A DNA stretch of 62,963 nucleotides, the filler included, from Reclinomonas americana ATCC 50394 (lineage: Eukaryota): assembly GCA_048213135.1 (NCBI GenBank). It is 12 parts of 12 records of this genome, joined end to end, with 100 filler letters (N's around TTAATTAATTAA, not from the genome) between each part and the next. Parts side by side here need not be neighbours in the genome. Positions count along the whole stretch, not along the records: positions 43,070 to 52,025 come from AFZH01023538.1; positions 52,126 to 53,601 come from AFZH01023539.1; positions 53,702 to 55,146 come from AFZH01023540.1; positions 55,247 to 58,509 come from AFZH01023541.1; positions 58,610 to 61,545 come from AFZH01023544.1; 7 more parts are not named here. One strand, written 5' to 3'. A model generated the notes under the pieces. That model was not told where the DNA came from, made no database searches, and worked only from the letters and a program-made list of their open reading frames with translations. Position 1 is the stretch's first letter. Each line of letters opens with the position of its first letter. Below, in pieces: positions 46,946 to 60,499 of the stretch. The translations under genes were made by a program, and so were the position numbers.

Positions 46946-49900
46946 GCACATTGCTTGTCTGTGCGTGGAGTTCGTTCAGCCAGCGCGCGCTGCAGTGCTC
47001 CATGAGCGTTGAGTGGCTCATCCATCCCGATTTGCCTGTACAGCGTCGTTTCTTCGCACCTTCCACGGCAGTGAGCGAGATCGCTCTGCGAGCCCACCGC
47101 GTCAGCACGGCCGTGGAGATGACAGAGGACGTGCAGCCCAGCAACCGATGTCTGAGCTGGAAGCCGCGCGCTTGCGGGATCATGTGTTAGACTTTCAAGC
47201 CGGATTTGCTCGGCGTGGTGAGTACCGGCCCAACACACGTCCTTCTCGTGCAGCTGTTTATGTGCGTGTGTCCGTCCAGCGATGGAGGCTGAAAGCCTGG
47301 CCATGGAGGCTCAGCGAGCCAAAGAAACTTTCCACAGCGTTCCTGGCATCGCTCGAGCCCGTCGTCAGCAGTCTGTGTTTGGTTCGTCTCTTCCACCGCC
47401 TGTGTACGCCGCTCAACTGGCGAGGCCGCCAGCTGGTGCCGCACCTGTTGATGGTCTTGGCATCAACGCGCTGCCCGCACTTGACGAGTACGACGCAGGT
47501 TTGTCGTTCATTCATTTTGCTACTCCAGCCGTACGTGTGCCACCAACAACGTCTGACTGTCACTGCATGTCCAGCACCCGTTCCTGTGTTTGCCTTGACC
47601 GAAGTATTGGCGCAACACCAAGTGGAACACACTCAGTCGCAGATGTGCGCTGACCTGCTCTACGACGCGCCGTTCACCCTGGCTTTGTTTTCACGCAAAC
47701 GTTTCAGGAACAACTTCAGTTTTGTTCACTGCCCGAAGTGTGAACTCCTTTGCCTGGTAGACGATGTCGGTGTCTCGCGAGAACTGCAAGTGCATTTCTA
47801 CGAGCACAAGTATAATCGCGTCTTGGACGAGCGTCTACTTCGCCAGCTCATGCCCAACATGATGCACAATCATGCCAATGCACTCAAAGGTGAGCTTGAC
47901 TGCAGCTTGTCGGTACCGTTTGGTTCAATCTCAGCTGGTGGCAAACTCACCTTGGTCTTGCAATGCAGCGCGACAGCGGGCACAGCTGGCCATGGAAGTG
48001 CCTGCCGAGGGTGCTGATGCAGCCGCTCACCACGTCCAAGAGCCCGACGCGTGGACCGCGTTCCATTCCATGGGTACGTCTCGTCGTGCGCGCCAGTTCT
48101 GCACTGCTTCTACAGTCTCCCTGTGCGCTTACTTGATTCGTTGCCTCGCTCAGTGCAATCCTCCATCGCCTCCGCTGCGGTGGAGAGGCTGAGCTCACTC
48201 AGCCTCTTGGACTGCCCTGCCGGTTCGCTGGGCGTCGGGCTGCCGGCGATGGTCTTTATGCGCCTGCTGCACAAACATCACATCCCTGAGACTGTCGCCC
48301 CCGACATCTTTGCCGTGATGCGCATGATCTATGGCAATGCAACGGGCTTCAACGCGCCGTCCAGCGTCTCGGGGCTGCACTCTGCGACACGGAAACTGTC
48401 ACCTGCAGTCACCACCTTCGCCATTTGCCCTTCGTGTCAGTGTGGAGCGAGTGTCACGAGACTCGACGGGCGCTCAATGGACGAGGTGGCAACCGAGAAT
48501 GGCACCTGCCCGCAGTGCAACGCCGACCTCTTTGTGGCGGACGGAAGACAAGGCCGCCGCCGGCCGAAGCAGCGCTTTTGGATGCTGAACGCCGCCGATC
48601 TGCTGCAAGGACTGCTACTGTGTCCCGATGTGGCGCGCCTGCTACTCAACCAACACACTCGCATTTTGGCCGATGACGAGCTGCCAAACGAGATGGTGTC
48701 GATGGCTGACGGTGAGCGGTGGCGCACGCTTCAACGAGCTGGTCATCTCACGAGAAGCCGTGACATTGCCATTGCGCTGAGCGCCGACGGCGTCTGCCCC
48801 TTTTCAATCACGACCCCGTATTCCTGCTGGATCGTCAGCTGGCACTTTCCCATGCTGGCGCCCTCCCTCCACCGTCGTCTCGGTCTGTTCATGCCGCTGA
48901 TGATTATCCAAGGGAAACCGTCGACGCTGAACGGCTTCATGCGCCCACTCATCGATCAACTAGCCGTCTTGGAGACTGGTGAGTTCGCACACACACACAC
49001 ACCCCTGTGACTCTTGTCTCATCCGTGTTGGCGTTCTTTGCCGGCCTATGTGAGCGCAGGTGTCCATTTCCTTGAGCCTGCCGCGCTTTCCGTCCAGATG
49101 GACCAGGCTTTCCCTGTCGACGAGCCTGGGTATCGGCTTGACGAATTGGCTGCGTCGGCACCGAGAGCGGCCGCTTCCTTCTCTCCCCATCCACTGTTTG
49201 CACCCGGCTCGCTGGCAGCGGCCACAGACGAGTGGCGCGTTGGGCGCTACGCGGTGAAGTTGCTTGCGTGTCTCGCAGATGGAAGGGCAAGGTGAGCAGC
49301 AGCGTTGCCCCTTGTCTTCTGTGCCAGCACACAGCTCACTCGAGTCGCTTGTCGACTGCACGGTGCAGGTGGCTCTGGCAGTCTCATCGGCAGCCGCCAG
49401 CCAAGAACGGCTGTGGATACTGTCACGTGGTTGGCCAGTACGACGACGACGCACACACAACAGTTTACCCAAGTAAAGGGCGAGAGAAAACATACGAAGA
49501 CTACCAGGCGGCAATGGCATGGCGAAAAGAAAACCCGAACGCGAAGAACACTGCCGCCGGTGCTCCTCCACATCTGTCCTTTACCGTGGCCTGCGAAAAT
49601 GAGTTGCGCACGCGGCCGCTCCGCGCACACTGCGCGACGGTCGTTAACATGAGCTCCTCACTCCCTTCTTGCGTGTTCTTGTTCGTACAGAATGTGTCGC
49701 CTGGCGTGCTATGACCCGATTCGGTCCCACCCGCCGGATACGATGCACGGTGCGGCAAATATTGCCAAGCGAGTGCTCAGTGTCCCCTTTGGCCCGGCTT
49801 GCTTCAAGAAGCCGAAGAAGCCGAAGAAAGCACAGACCGCCTCCGCTGCAGCACAAGGCGGAACAGCTGCCGCAAGTGGGGCCGCCGCCGCCAGTGCCAG

Positions 49901-52025
49901 TGCCGATGATCTTGACGATGTCGACAGCGACGACGACGATGATGCTGAGCAGCTGCAGCCCGATGATGGCGAGGAAGCGGCGTCGGCAGAATTCGAGTCT
50001 GTTGACGATGCGGCGGCAAAAGCAATGGACACCCTCCTGGACGAGCTTGAGCTGATTGTCGGCGGCAGTGACGATGAAGTCGACGCTGGCGACGAGCCGG
50101 GAGAGTACCCGCAGCCGAACATGTCGGCAGACGACTTCTGGCCCGCAGAAGACCTGCCAGTCGACGGCAGCAACATCGAGCTTGCCGACTTTCGCATGCA
50201 GGCGGCCGAGCAGACGCATGCCGGCAAGAGAATCAACTCAGTGACCGCGCCACGCTGCGTGAACGAGCGGCGGCCGAGAACCAAGTCCGTCGGCGACTAC
50301 ATCAGACTGTCAAAGGGTTTGCCAGCGCTGCGCTTTCTTGCTGTGCACCTTTCTCGTGTTGCTGACTCTCTAGTGACATGCATGAACGAGTAGCAAGAGC
50401 GATGAAGGCCCTGGAGGAGGTGTTCGGCAGCCCGGCATTCTACCACTTGATGCATCCCGCTCTTCATCGGTGGTGGACACGTCTCGGAAAGTTCATGAAG
50501 GAGCTGACGGCCTACTCTCTCAAGCGCGACCGTCTCCGCCAACTCGCTGCCGACGCCGATCGCTTGTTCACCGATTGGGTGGCACTCGGCAAGAACAGTT
50601 GAGTGCGATCTGGCGCGCGCGCGCACGCGCCACTGTGCATTCTCCTGTGCACCACGTGTGGGCGTGGTCGCTAATATTTGCTTGTGCTTCTCTCTCCTTG
50701 TCTGTGCACACACAGTGAACGTGCCCTACTGCATGCACGAGATCGTGCATTTTGTGGAGAGTGCCATTCAGTTTGGCCCTCCTGCTGGCGTCGCTTGCTG
50801 GATGGCGGAGAGCGCCTACGGCCAGATATGTCGCAACATCGCAGCGACTCGCGTGCCCGAGAAGACCATGGTGCGGAGAGTGTGCACTGCGTACGCCGCC
50901 GTCTTGATGTCCTACTCGCCCACAATTCCCGGACGAATCCACGCATTCTTGGAACGCGATGGCGCGAACATCGACAAGCAGCTCGTGGCAACACTCTCTT
51001 CCATCCTCCACCCGGCGCTCAACATGACGCGAGCGTTGGCGTGGAGCTCTGCTGAGCGCGCTGCTGCTGCATTTGCGGCGGCCAATCAGGCTTGCCTCCC
51101 ACAGTTCGCCACGGACTTTGGATCATACCAACAGCTTCACCTCCACCTGCGACACGAGCGGCCACAAACTGGCCTTGTGGCCAAGATTACTGCCGAGTAC
51201 ATCAGGGGCGCCGACGGCGGCGGTGCCGGAGGATGTGTGCCACTCGAGGTGTTTCGCACACATGCACGTTTGAGCGAAAACAAGCTGCGTCTCTCGCACG
51301 AAGACGTCGACGGCGCCGGTGACGAGCTCGGTGCCGCGGGCGCTTCGTCGGAGATGCGCTACCTGCAGAAGATCGTCGGTGCCCACTCCGAGTACATTGT
51401 GCGACGCTTCCGTGCTGACGCTGACAACGTGCAGCAGCTGGTCGACACAGCTGCACTACTCAGGGCCACGAAACGCCCCGCCGCCGCCGCCGCCGCCGCC
51501 ATGGTACCGGCACCGCCGTTGGCCATCGGCCAGGGTCTCCAGGTGATCACCGTGCGGAGTCTACGGATCAAGCGTGCAGCCAGTCACGGATGCGGCACCG
51601 TGTTTTCCGACGCAACTCTGGAGACCAGCCTACACGTCGAGGTGGCTTCTCAACCACAGCTGCGCATTCAGCTGGCGCCCGTTGCCGCAGATCAAGCTGG
51701 CGCCGCGGCCGCGCCTGCACAAGAGGACTTGGCGGACTCAGTGTCGGTGGCCCGACTCTCCAGCAACTCCTCAGTGATGGCGCTGAATCCGCGCACCGGC
51801 TGTGTGGAGCCTGCCATCATTCAACGCATCCTCCTCATCCCGCTTCGCTGTGAGGAGCAGGAATCAGGCTCCGAGACCGACCACTTGTCGGATTTCGTCG
51901 GCAAGTGGCTCCCTCTGCTGCCCACGTCGTGCTGCGTCGTTCCGGTCGCGTATGGAACGTCCCACGCGAAGACCAAGACGTATTTGTGCAACGTGGTCAT
52001 CCAGGTGGACTTCCTTGCGAGCGCC
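46757..52025 (+). CDS. CACTA/EnSpm (CMC superfamily) DDE transposase, about 10 introns, 3' end truncated
   Basis: CPSC..CPQC zinc knuckle, MADGERW, IAIALSADGVCPF (D at 48786), YSCW, IIQGKPSTLNGFMRPLIDQL, LLACLADGRAR, NGCGYC, YDPIRSHPPDTMH (D at 49737), MHEIVHFVESAIQFGPPAGVACWMAESAYG (E at 50808). Confidence 0.88.
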
Positions 52026-52125
52026 NNNNNNNNNNNNNNNNNNNNNNNNNNNNNNNNNNNNNNNNNNNNTTAATTAATTAANNNNNNNNNNNNNNNNNNN
52101 NNNNNNNNNNNNNNNNNNNNNNNNN

Positions 52126-52177
<52 letters not shown>

Positions 52178-55100
52178 TGACAGCGAGCGAGTGAGAGAGA
52201 GAGAGAGTGTGTATGTGCGAGTGTGTGGAAGAGAGAGAGAGAATGTGTGAGTTGCTGGTCTTTCAAGAGCGGGATGATGATGATTGGGCACTGTTTTTTC
52301 TCTCCTGTTGTGCGATGACTCGTTGGCGTTTGCCTGGTCACGTGTGTGCGCATGCCGTGGTGCATGCGTTTGTAAGTGTCACGTGATTCGGCGTGTAATG
52401 GTTGTTGTGTGCCAGTGCTTTGTTTGTGTGCAGAGATGAGAGAGAGAGAGAGAGAGAGAGACACACAGAGTGTGTTTGTGCTTGTGAACGAGGAGAGTGC
52501 ACGTGAGTAGAACGAGAGACTGCTTGGGAGAATGACGTACGCGTTGCCAAGTTCGACGACTTGGTGCGTGTGAGGTGAGGGCGGCATGAGTTGCTTTTGG
52601 TCATATTGCATGAGAAACTCGCAGTTCTGCGTTGGTAAGTTGAGGAGGGAACATCGCGACGAGAAGAGATCGGTGAGAAGCGAGTGAGTACGAAAGAGAG
52701 AAAGAGAGAGAGAGAGAGGAGGGGAAAGAGAGAACCGGAAAGAGTGCGTGATGGTGGGTACGTGAGAGGACACACCGTCCATGTGCGTCTGTGTGTGAGA
52801 GCGAACTGTACGAGCTGAGAAAGAAAAAGCGAGAGTGTGGAAGGAAATGATCGTTGGAGTGTCACTCGCAAGGTGACGGTGCATGATGGAGAGGGGGGGG
52901 AAGGGGGCGCTTGCACTCGCGGGAGGTGTGTGTGAGAGATGCGCATGCTGAGCAGGGCAGAAAGAAAGTGAGAATGTGGGAGAGAGAGAGAGAGAGGGGG
53001 GGAGAAGACAATCTGGTTTTGTGTGCACTCAGCGTGTCATTCGTGCACCTCTCTCTCTCTCTCTCCTCTCTGTATGTGTGTGTCTCGCTCTGTGTTGTCT
53101 CTTTTCCACGCCGGTTCACCATCAAATGGTGAGCATGGCAGGGTGTGTTGGTGTGTGGATTGAGTTGTTGTCGCCTCTGTAGTCATGTCTCTCGAAACTA
53201 ATCGATCGTGCTTCTCGTTCCCTTCACACCTTGTGTCTCCCGGATTCTCCCCACCTTCTCTCATTCTATCTCGTCAAGGGTGTGCGACTTTGTGTGTGTG
53301 CGTCGTTGATCCGTCTCGTCTGTCTTCATGCATTTGCTCCCACAATCGCAACCACGTTCTTTAGTTCAATCTCGCTCTTTCTCCATCTCTCACCATCTCT
53401 CCTTCGCTCTCATTGTATCCGTCTCTCTCTCTCTCCCTTGTCACTCCTTCTCTCTTTCTTTCTTTCGTCTTCTTGCTCTCCGTCTCGACCACTCTACGTG
53501 TCTCTCCATATCTCTTCTCCACCTCTCTCCGATTCTTTTTTCCCTTCACCTTCATCTGTCTTCTTGTTTCTCTCCATCCATCGCCTTCTCCTCTCTCTCT
53601 CNNNNNNNNNNNNNNNNNNNNNNNNNNNNNNNNNNNNNNNNNNNNTTAATTAATTAANNNNNNNNNNNNNNNNNNNNNNNNNNNNNNNNNNNNNNNNNNN
53701 NTCCTCACTCTCCTCACTCTCGTCACTTGTTCGTTGTTCCGCTCGCTCGTGTCTCCGCTCGCCGGCGCGCCTCTTGCTTCAGTTTTCCTCCCACCATGCC
53801 TGCTTCCCACTCCACTTGTTTGCTCCCTTCTCCTTTCGTCTCCTCGCGCAGTGCCATCCCTGCCCTCTCTTCTTTCTCCCACGTGTTGTTGTCAGTTCTC
53901 GACTCTATCCTTCCACCCCCCTCTGATCTGCACAATCTCCTTCCCTCCTTCTCGATTCCCCTCGCCGGATGCTTATTGGGAGCTATATTCGCCAGCCTCA
54001 TCTGTCATTGCATCTTCAGTGTGCATCGTCGTGCCTTGTCTGTCCGTTGTAGACGAGACGCTCCTCTTTCTCTTTCTCTTTCTCTCTATCTCTCTCCCTC
54101 GCTCTTCGTCTCCTTCCCCCACGATCTCTCGCTCTACCTTTATTGCGTGTGTGGCCTCTTGGATCTCTCAGCAAGTCACCACTGTGATTTGCTGGTCTGC
54201 GGTGAATTGGCAACAGAGAAAGATAGCAGAGAGAGAGAGAGAGATGCCGAGGTCAACATGACGTGACTGTCATAGCGCAGCAATGCTGTTGTTGGTTCTC
54301 TCTCTCTCTCTCATTCTCTCTCTCTCTCTCTCATTCTCTCTGTCTCTCTCTCTCTCTCATTCTCTCTCTCTCTCTCTCTCTCACTCTCTCACTCTCTCTT
54401 CCTCTCTTCAGTCTCCATGTGCGAGCGCGCGTGCGATCAACGGTTCCCCACCGTCCGCTTCTTGTGTGTCGTTGTTACCAATAAACAAACGACATACCGA
54501 GCGTGTTTCCTTTCAGAGAAGGTGTCCTTGTCTTTTTGCCGCCGATGCGCCCGATGTACTCTGTTGCGGTACCATCGAGGAGCACAGCACTGCATTCTGA
54601 GTCCACCTGCTGCCTGCCTCCATCTACCGTGCATGCTTGCCGGTGGAGGTATTCTGTTCGTCTTACTTCGAATTCATTGCCCTGCCCGCATATGCGTCAC
54701 GGAGTTGGTCGCGACGTCGTCACGATCGAATGGTGCCTGCCGCTCTTCAGCGGACATGAGGCGGCAGCGGTGCTGGCTTTGCGTGCACGCATCTCGCCGT
54801 AACGCCAACCAATGTGGCTGGTGACGACGCACCTTGTGCGGCCCCTCGTGTGTAACATCAGCGAGAGCGTGACGCACCGAGATGCAGTCTTGTTGAATGC
54901 GAGACGAAGCTGATGTGCTGACGAGTGCATTCGGTCAAGCACCTTTGCGATAATCGACGGGCGATCGTGGCCGTGGGAGCGTCGAATGGACCTCTCAACC
55001 AACACGAGGATGGAAGGAATGAGAATGAATGAAGAACGCTTTATTACTCGCGCACACAGTCTCATCGTCGATGTCTCACAGGCGGAATACTGGCTGGAGT

Positions 55101-56022
55101 GAAAGAAGAACGAAGAGCAGAATATAGAGTGTGGAGAGAAAGAGAGNNNNNNNNNNNNNNNNNNNNNNNNNNNNNNNNNNNNNNNNNNNNTTAATTAATT
55201 AANNNNNNNNNNNNNNNNNNNNNNNNNNNNNNNNNNNNNNNNNNNNTACAAAGAGCGCAACAGACAGGAGGGCCATCGAGGTCTTCCCAGTGACACACTC
55301 AGCACCAGCACATCGATCACACAGACTCTTGCTTATCACGGGTCATCGATTCTGAACAAGCAGTGTTGTAGCGCGCCGTCTTGTCGACAGAGAGACACCT
55401 GGCGGGTCAAGAGCGGAGGAGGAGAAGATCATCACCCCGTGACGTCGCGTCTCCACAGGTCCCCGACGTCCTGATCATGAGTGCAATCGTCAGCAAGCCT
55501 TCCCGCCGTGTGTGCGCCCTCAGTGTGCGCGCGTTGTGCAGGTGAGTGTTTAAGGGGGTGTGTGTTTGTGTATGTTTCCGTGCAAAATCGATGTTCACAG
55601 GTCAAGTGCATGCGGCATCACTCCCGTCGTCGAGCTCGTGGGCGTTGTTTGTGCGTGCAAATGAGGAACGGTGAGCGCTGTGGTTGGTGTGTCGTCTTTG
55701 TTTGTTTGCGTGTTGTGCGAAGCGAGAGATGAGAGACAGAGAGAGAGAGAGAGAAGGAGAGACTGAGACGCGAAACGAGACACGAAGGCGCACGCGTGAG
55801 TGTCTGCTGGAACGAATACGAGCAACAAGAAGGGGCTACAACAATAGGTGGCAGTGAGAATGGATGCGTGCGTGGAGAGAGAGAGAAGGAGAGAGAAGGT
55901 GAATAAGGAGAGAGATACGACAGAGCTCGAGGAAGGGGCAGAGAGAGTGTGTGTGTGTGCGAGGGAGAGAGGGAGAGAGAGACACACATACACACAGAAG
56001 AAGAAGGCTCAGGACATCTTGT

Positions 56023-56066
<44 letters not shown>

Positions 56067-56269
56067 AAGAGACAGAGAGACAACACAGCTGGCGAGTAAA
56101 GTGAATAAGAAAGTGCGTGGGGACCAGCTGGGGAGTATAGCGGATCGTATAAGTCAGCGCGAAAGAGTGTGTGAGAGAAAGCCATTTTGCAAGCGTGTAC
56201 ACTATCCCATTCCCGCTCCTGAGGCACGTTGCATCGCCCGCTGTTTTCTGTTTCTCCTCTCTTTCCCCT

Positions 56270-57170
56270 CCCTCTCATGTTCTCTCCTCATCTCTCGCTC
56301 TCTTGTCGGTGCCCTGCTGACACTGCTCTTGCTCTCGCTCGTCCTCTCTCGCTCTCTCTTGCTCTCTCCTCGTCTCCCCCCTCAGTCTCTCTAGCTCGCG
56401 CTCACTCCCACTGCTCTTTCTCGCTCTCGCTCATTCCCTCTCGCTCTCTCTTGCTCTCTCTCTCTTTCTCTCGCTCTCTCTTGCCCCCCTCAGTCTCTCT
56501 CGCTCTCACTTGCTCGGTCTCTCTCGCTCTCTCAGTCTCTCTCGCTCTCTCTCAGTCTCTCCCAGTCTCTCTCAGTCTCTCTCTCAGTCTCTCTCAGTGT
56601 CTCTCAGTCTCTCTCGCTCTATCTTGCCTCTCTCGCTCTATCTTGGTCTTGCTCTCTTGCTCTTGTACTTGCTCTCGCTCTCTCTCGCTCTCGCCCTCTC
56701 GCTCTCTTGCTCTCTCTCTCTCGCTCTCTTCTCTTCCCCTCAGTCTCTGTCGCTCTCACTTGCTCTCTCGCTCTCTTGCTCTCTCTCTCTCGCTCTCGGT
56801 CTCTTACTCTCCCCTGGTCTTGCTCTCACTCTCTTGCTCTCTCTCGTTCTCTTGCTCTCTCTCGCTCATTCCCTCTCGCTGTCTCTTGCCCTCTCCCCCT
56901 CAGTCTCTGTCGCTCTCACTTGCTCTCTCTTGGTCTTGCTCTCTTGCTCTCGCTCTCTTGCTCTCGCCCTCTTGCTCTCCCCTGGTCTTGCTCTTGCTCT
57001 TTCTCTCGCTCTCTCTAGTTCTCTCCCCCTCAGTCTCTCCCCCTCAGTCTCTCTCCCTCTCGCTCTCGCTCGCTCTCTTTCTCTCTCGCTCTCGCTCGCT
57101 CTCTTTCTCTCTCGCTCTCTCTCTCTCTCGCTCTCTCTCTCTCTCGCTCTCTTTCTCTCTCTCGCTCTCT
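56270..57170. repeat. Long degenerate (CT)n/CTCG low-complexity tract
   Basis: Pyrimidine-only microsatellite mosaic. Similar (GA)n, (CA)n and (TCAC)n tracts at about 2490-2780, 28900-29210, 34645-34850, 38500-38610 and 39250-39520. Confidence 0.9.
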
Positions 57171-60100
57171 TGAAGCTTCTCTGCCGGCGTTGCGCGCGCG
57201 TATGTTTCAGTGTGGATTGAGACGGAGAATGGAGTTGGAGCTGGTCGATATCGATTGTTCTGTCTTTCTCTGTGTTTCCTCTCTGTCACCTCCTCCTGTC
57301 TCTCCCCTCTTTTCCCCTTCTTCGTCTTCTCGCTCTCTCTCTCTATCTCTCTCGCTATCTCTCTCTCTCGCTCTCTCTCGCTGTCTTCCCTATCACCGTT
57401 GCTCACCGTTTATTCACGTGTTTCGTGTATGTTTCAGGAGCGTACAGCAAGCCAGCCGACATTGATGTATGGCGACGCGCCACTCACGCTGCTCCTGTAA
57501 CAACCGTCCCCCATCAGGTGTGATTGCGTGTGAGAGAGGAGAGTGGGAGAGGTTGACCTTGCCCGGGATTGACTTGCAGCCCCGACAGGAATTCATCGCG
57601 CGATCGCGCGCACTCTGTGCCCTGCGTCGGCCACATGCCAGAAGATGGATCGGTACGGCACTATAGCTGCTTCCTCCGCCTGTCCTTTCCGTCTGTCTCG
57701 TTCGTGATGTGTATGTCTGTGTTATTCTTTGGTTATTGGTTGCTTTGCCAGAGTTCACGTGAGTGATTGTGCGCTTGTCTCGTGAGGCACGGGGACAGAA
57801 GTGAAGAGGGCACGCCGAGCTGAGTGGGAGAGAATGCAAATAGGAGCAGGGGCAACGCGCGCGTGACGTACAAACAGACGTTCACTTCTCCTTTCCTTCC
57901 ACTCAACCTCACTGCGGGTTGTCTCTGTGAGCGACTGCTCTATATCGTTGCCTCTGTGAAGGTGCAGAGAGGAGAGTGAGAGAGAGAGGAAGAGAGAATG
58001 GAGATGTCAAGGGAGAGGAAAGAGATGTAGAGAGAGAGAAGCGAGAGAAAGGAGGGAGAGAGAAGGGAAAGCGAGCATTCGCCGGCAGACAACCGTCACT
58101 GTGAATGCTGAGTGTGAGGCGCGCGGTGAAGGAAAACGAGAAAGAGAGAGAGAGAGACATTAGGGGGAGAGATAGACGAGCAGAAGCGGGGAGAGAGAAG
58201 AAGAAGAAGAATAAACGAAGTGTTAACGTAAGAGATAGAGTAGCAAAAGAATGTACGAATGAAAAAGAACAGACTCTCGGTCTTTCTCTCTCTCTCTCTC
58301 TCTGTGCATCTTCTTCCCCGCAGTCTGACTCTCTCTCCCTCTCTCCCTCGTTCTCCTTCACCGCCCCCCACTCAGCATCCACAGTGACCGATTGGAAGTT
58401 GCCACATGCTCTCTTTTCTCTTCCTCTCACTCTCTCTCTCCTCTCTCTCTCTCTCTCTCAAGGGGAACCTGCCGGAAACGCACCAACGAAGGGGGGTAAT
58501 TGGGCTGAGNNNNNNNNNNNNNNNNNNNNNNNNNNNNNNNNNNNNNNNNNNNNTTAATTAATTAANNNNNNNNNNNNNNNNNNNNNNNNNNNNNNNNNNN
58601 NNNNNNNNNGGAAGGGTGACTGGAGAGAGGAAGGGAGAATGGAGAGGAAGGGAGAGGAAAGAGATGGAGAGAGAGAGAGAGAGAAGAGGAGGAAGAGCAG
58701 AAGGGGAAGAGAGAGAGAGGGCCGCATCCGTCTGGTCCTTCTCTCCTCCCTTTGCATCCCTTTTGCTTCTGCTGTTGCTTCCCTTTCGCTCCCTTTCGCT
58801 CCCCTCCCATTCCCCTTTCTCCCTCGGTCTTCCCGCTCCTCTCGCTCTCCCCCTTTTCCCCTGCTCTCCTCTTCTCTTCAAAACGAGTCAATAAATGAGA
58901 TCGTCAATCATGCAATACATTACCCACATACACACCAAGTTCTCGACTCTCTCTCTCTCTCTCAACTGCTCGCAGCCCTCATCATCAGCTACCGCTCACT
59001 TTCCTCACTCTCCTCACTCTGTTCAGCCCCTGCGCCCTGCAGCTGCCGGCGCGGCCTTCGTCTTCGGTCGTTTCTGACGCGGCGATGTGCTGGCGTGCTG
59101 CACATCGGCACTAGCTGACAAGCGCGTGCGCTTGTTCTGCTTCCCGGATTCGACTGTTGCTGAAAACATGGCAGCCATTGGGTCGTCTGCAGCTGGGATG
59201 ACACTCTCTGATCCATCAGAATCTGAAGAAACGAGCACACAGACTGAGTTGCACTTGCAATCAACACGCGCGATACGACAAGGAACTCTTCAACCTGCAG
59301 ATGCTGCTGCAGTTGTGGATCCAAGCCGAGGAGGGAAACGGGCTGCATTGATCCTGCCCGCAACTGGAGCAGGCGTCGGCGATGCGCGTGTGTGACTCGA
59401 GCTCGAGCTGGATGCAGGACGTTCCACCTGCACCGGCACCGGCATGGTGCCTGCAGAGCTTCCTGGAGATGCTTGTTGCGACAGCGGCGATTCACGATCG
59501 ATATCAAGTAGCCGCATTGGAGAACCTGAGCTCGGTGGTGGTGATCGCCGAGGGGGAGGTGGTGGAGGTGGTGGTGGTGATAGAGGAGACGATGGTCGCT
59601 GCGGCGAAGGAGGAGGAGAGCCGCGATCGACGATGTCGATGGTGTGCATGCCTGCAGCTGAGAGTGCAGCTGACCGCAACGACGACTGGCTCGACACTGT
59701 ATCTCTGCCTACAGCAGGATCGAATACTCAAAACTGAGCACTGATAGACATGCATGCAGCTGCTATAGATGGCAAACAAACGTACCGCGATTGTGATCCG
59801 AAACGGAACTCGCTGCAGATGTCGACATGGCGCTGGCGATGATGGACATCACGGACTCAGCAGCGCTCACTCTGTCCAAAGAATACACGCAAGAGGCGAA
59901 CTCGAGAGCTTGCTTTTGCAGTTCTTTCTGCAGGCTTTCACGCTCTCGAAGATGGCTGTGTGAATGCGTGGAGAAGGACATGCCGACACGCGCAAGAAGC
60001 GATGAGTGGCGGGACACTAATTTCGGGGAAGAGCGTACGCACACCTGCTCACCGATCGTGCATCTGTGCATACTGCAACACCGACTCCTGTATGTTTCGC

Positions 60101-60499
60101 AAGATGCCTTGAAGATTAACGGGCTTGGAAACTGTTGCATCGAAATCCACAATGAGCAAAGGCAGGGTGTGCACAACACAGACAGCATCCGCACTCACCA
60201 GCTTCATCGACGGCAATAGGTGCAGGTGCCGTGCATGCCGAGTTAGACGACGTGCCGTTAGCAATTGGCACACAAGCAGCTTGTTCGCCAAGCTCAACGG
60301 GGACTGGCCGGCATGGTGCAGATGCGGGTGTCGTAACACTGGCATCAGCGTCGATGTCGATTGGTGTCGCCGACAGTTGCGGAGAAGAAGACTCGGGAGG
60401 GCGTCGACTTGCCAAAGCGTGATCCGATGTTGCATGTACATGTGCAGAAGGCGCCTGTGTCGCAGCCGACGCCGACGCCCCTTGTCGCTGAACACTAAA

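Larger units (their letters stand above)
43331..52025. mobile_element. Internal portion of a CACTA/EnSpm-like element (termini not seen)
   Basis: Transposase plus two divergent accessory genes fill the contig; no housekeeping genes; no TIR identified. Confidence 0.65.

Noticed and set aside
52126..58509. Long ORFs rich in Leu/Ser or Arg/Glu in contigs 8-10
   Set aside because: They are translations of (CT)n, (GA)n and (CA)n tracts; no supportable gene model.
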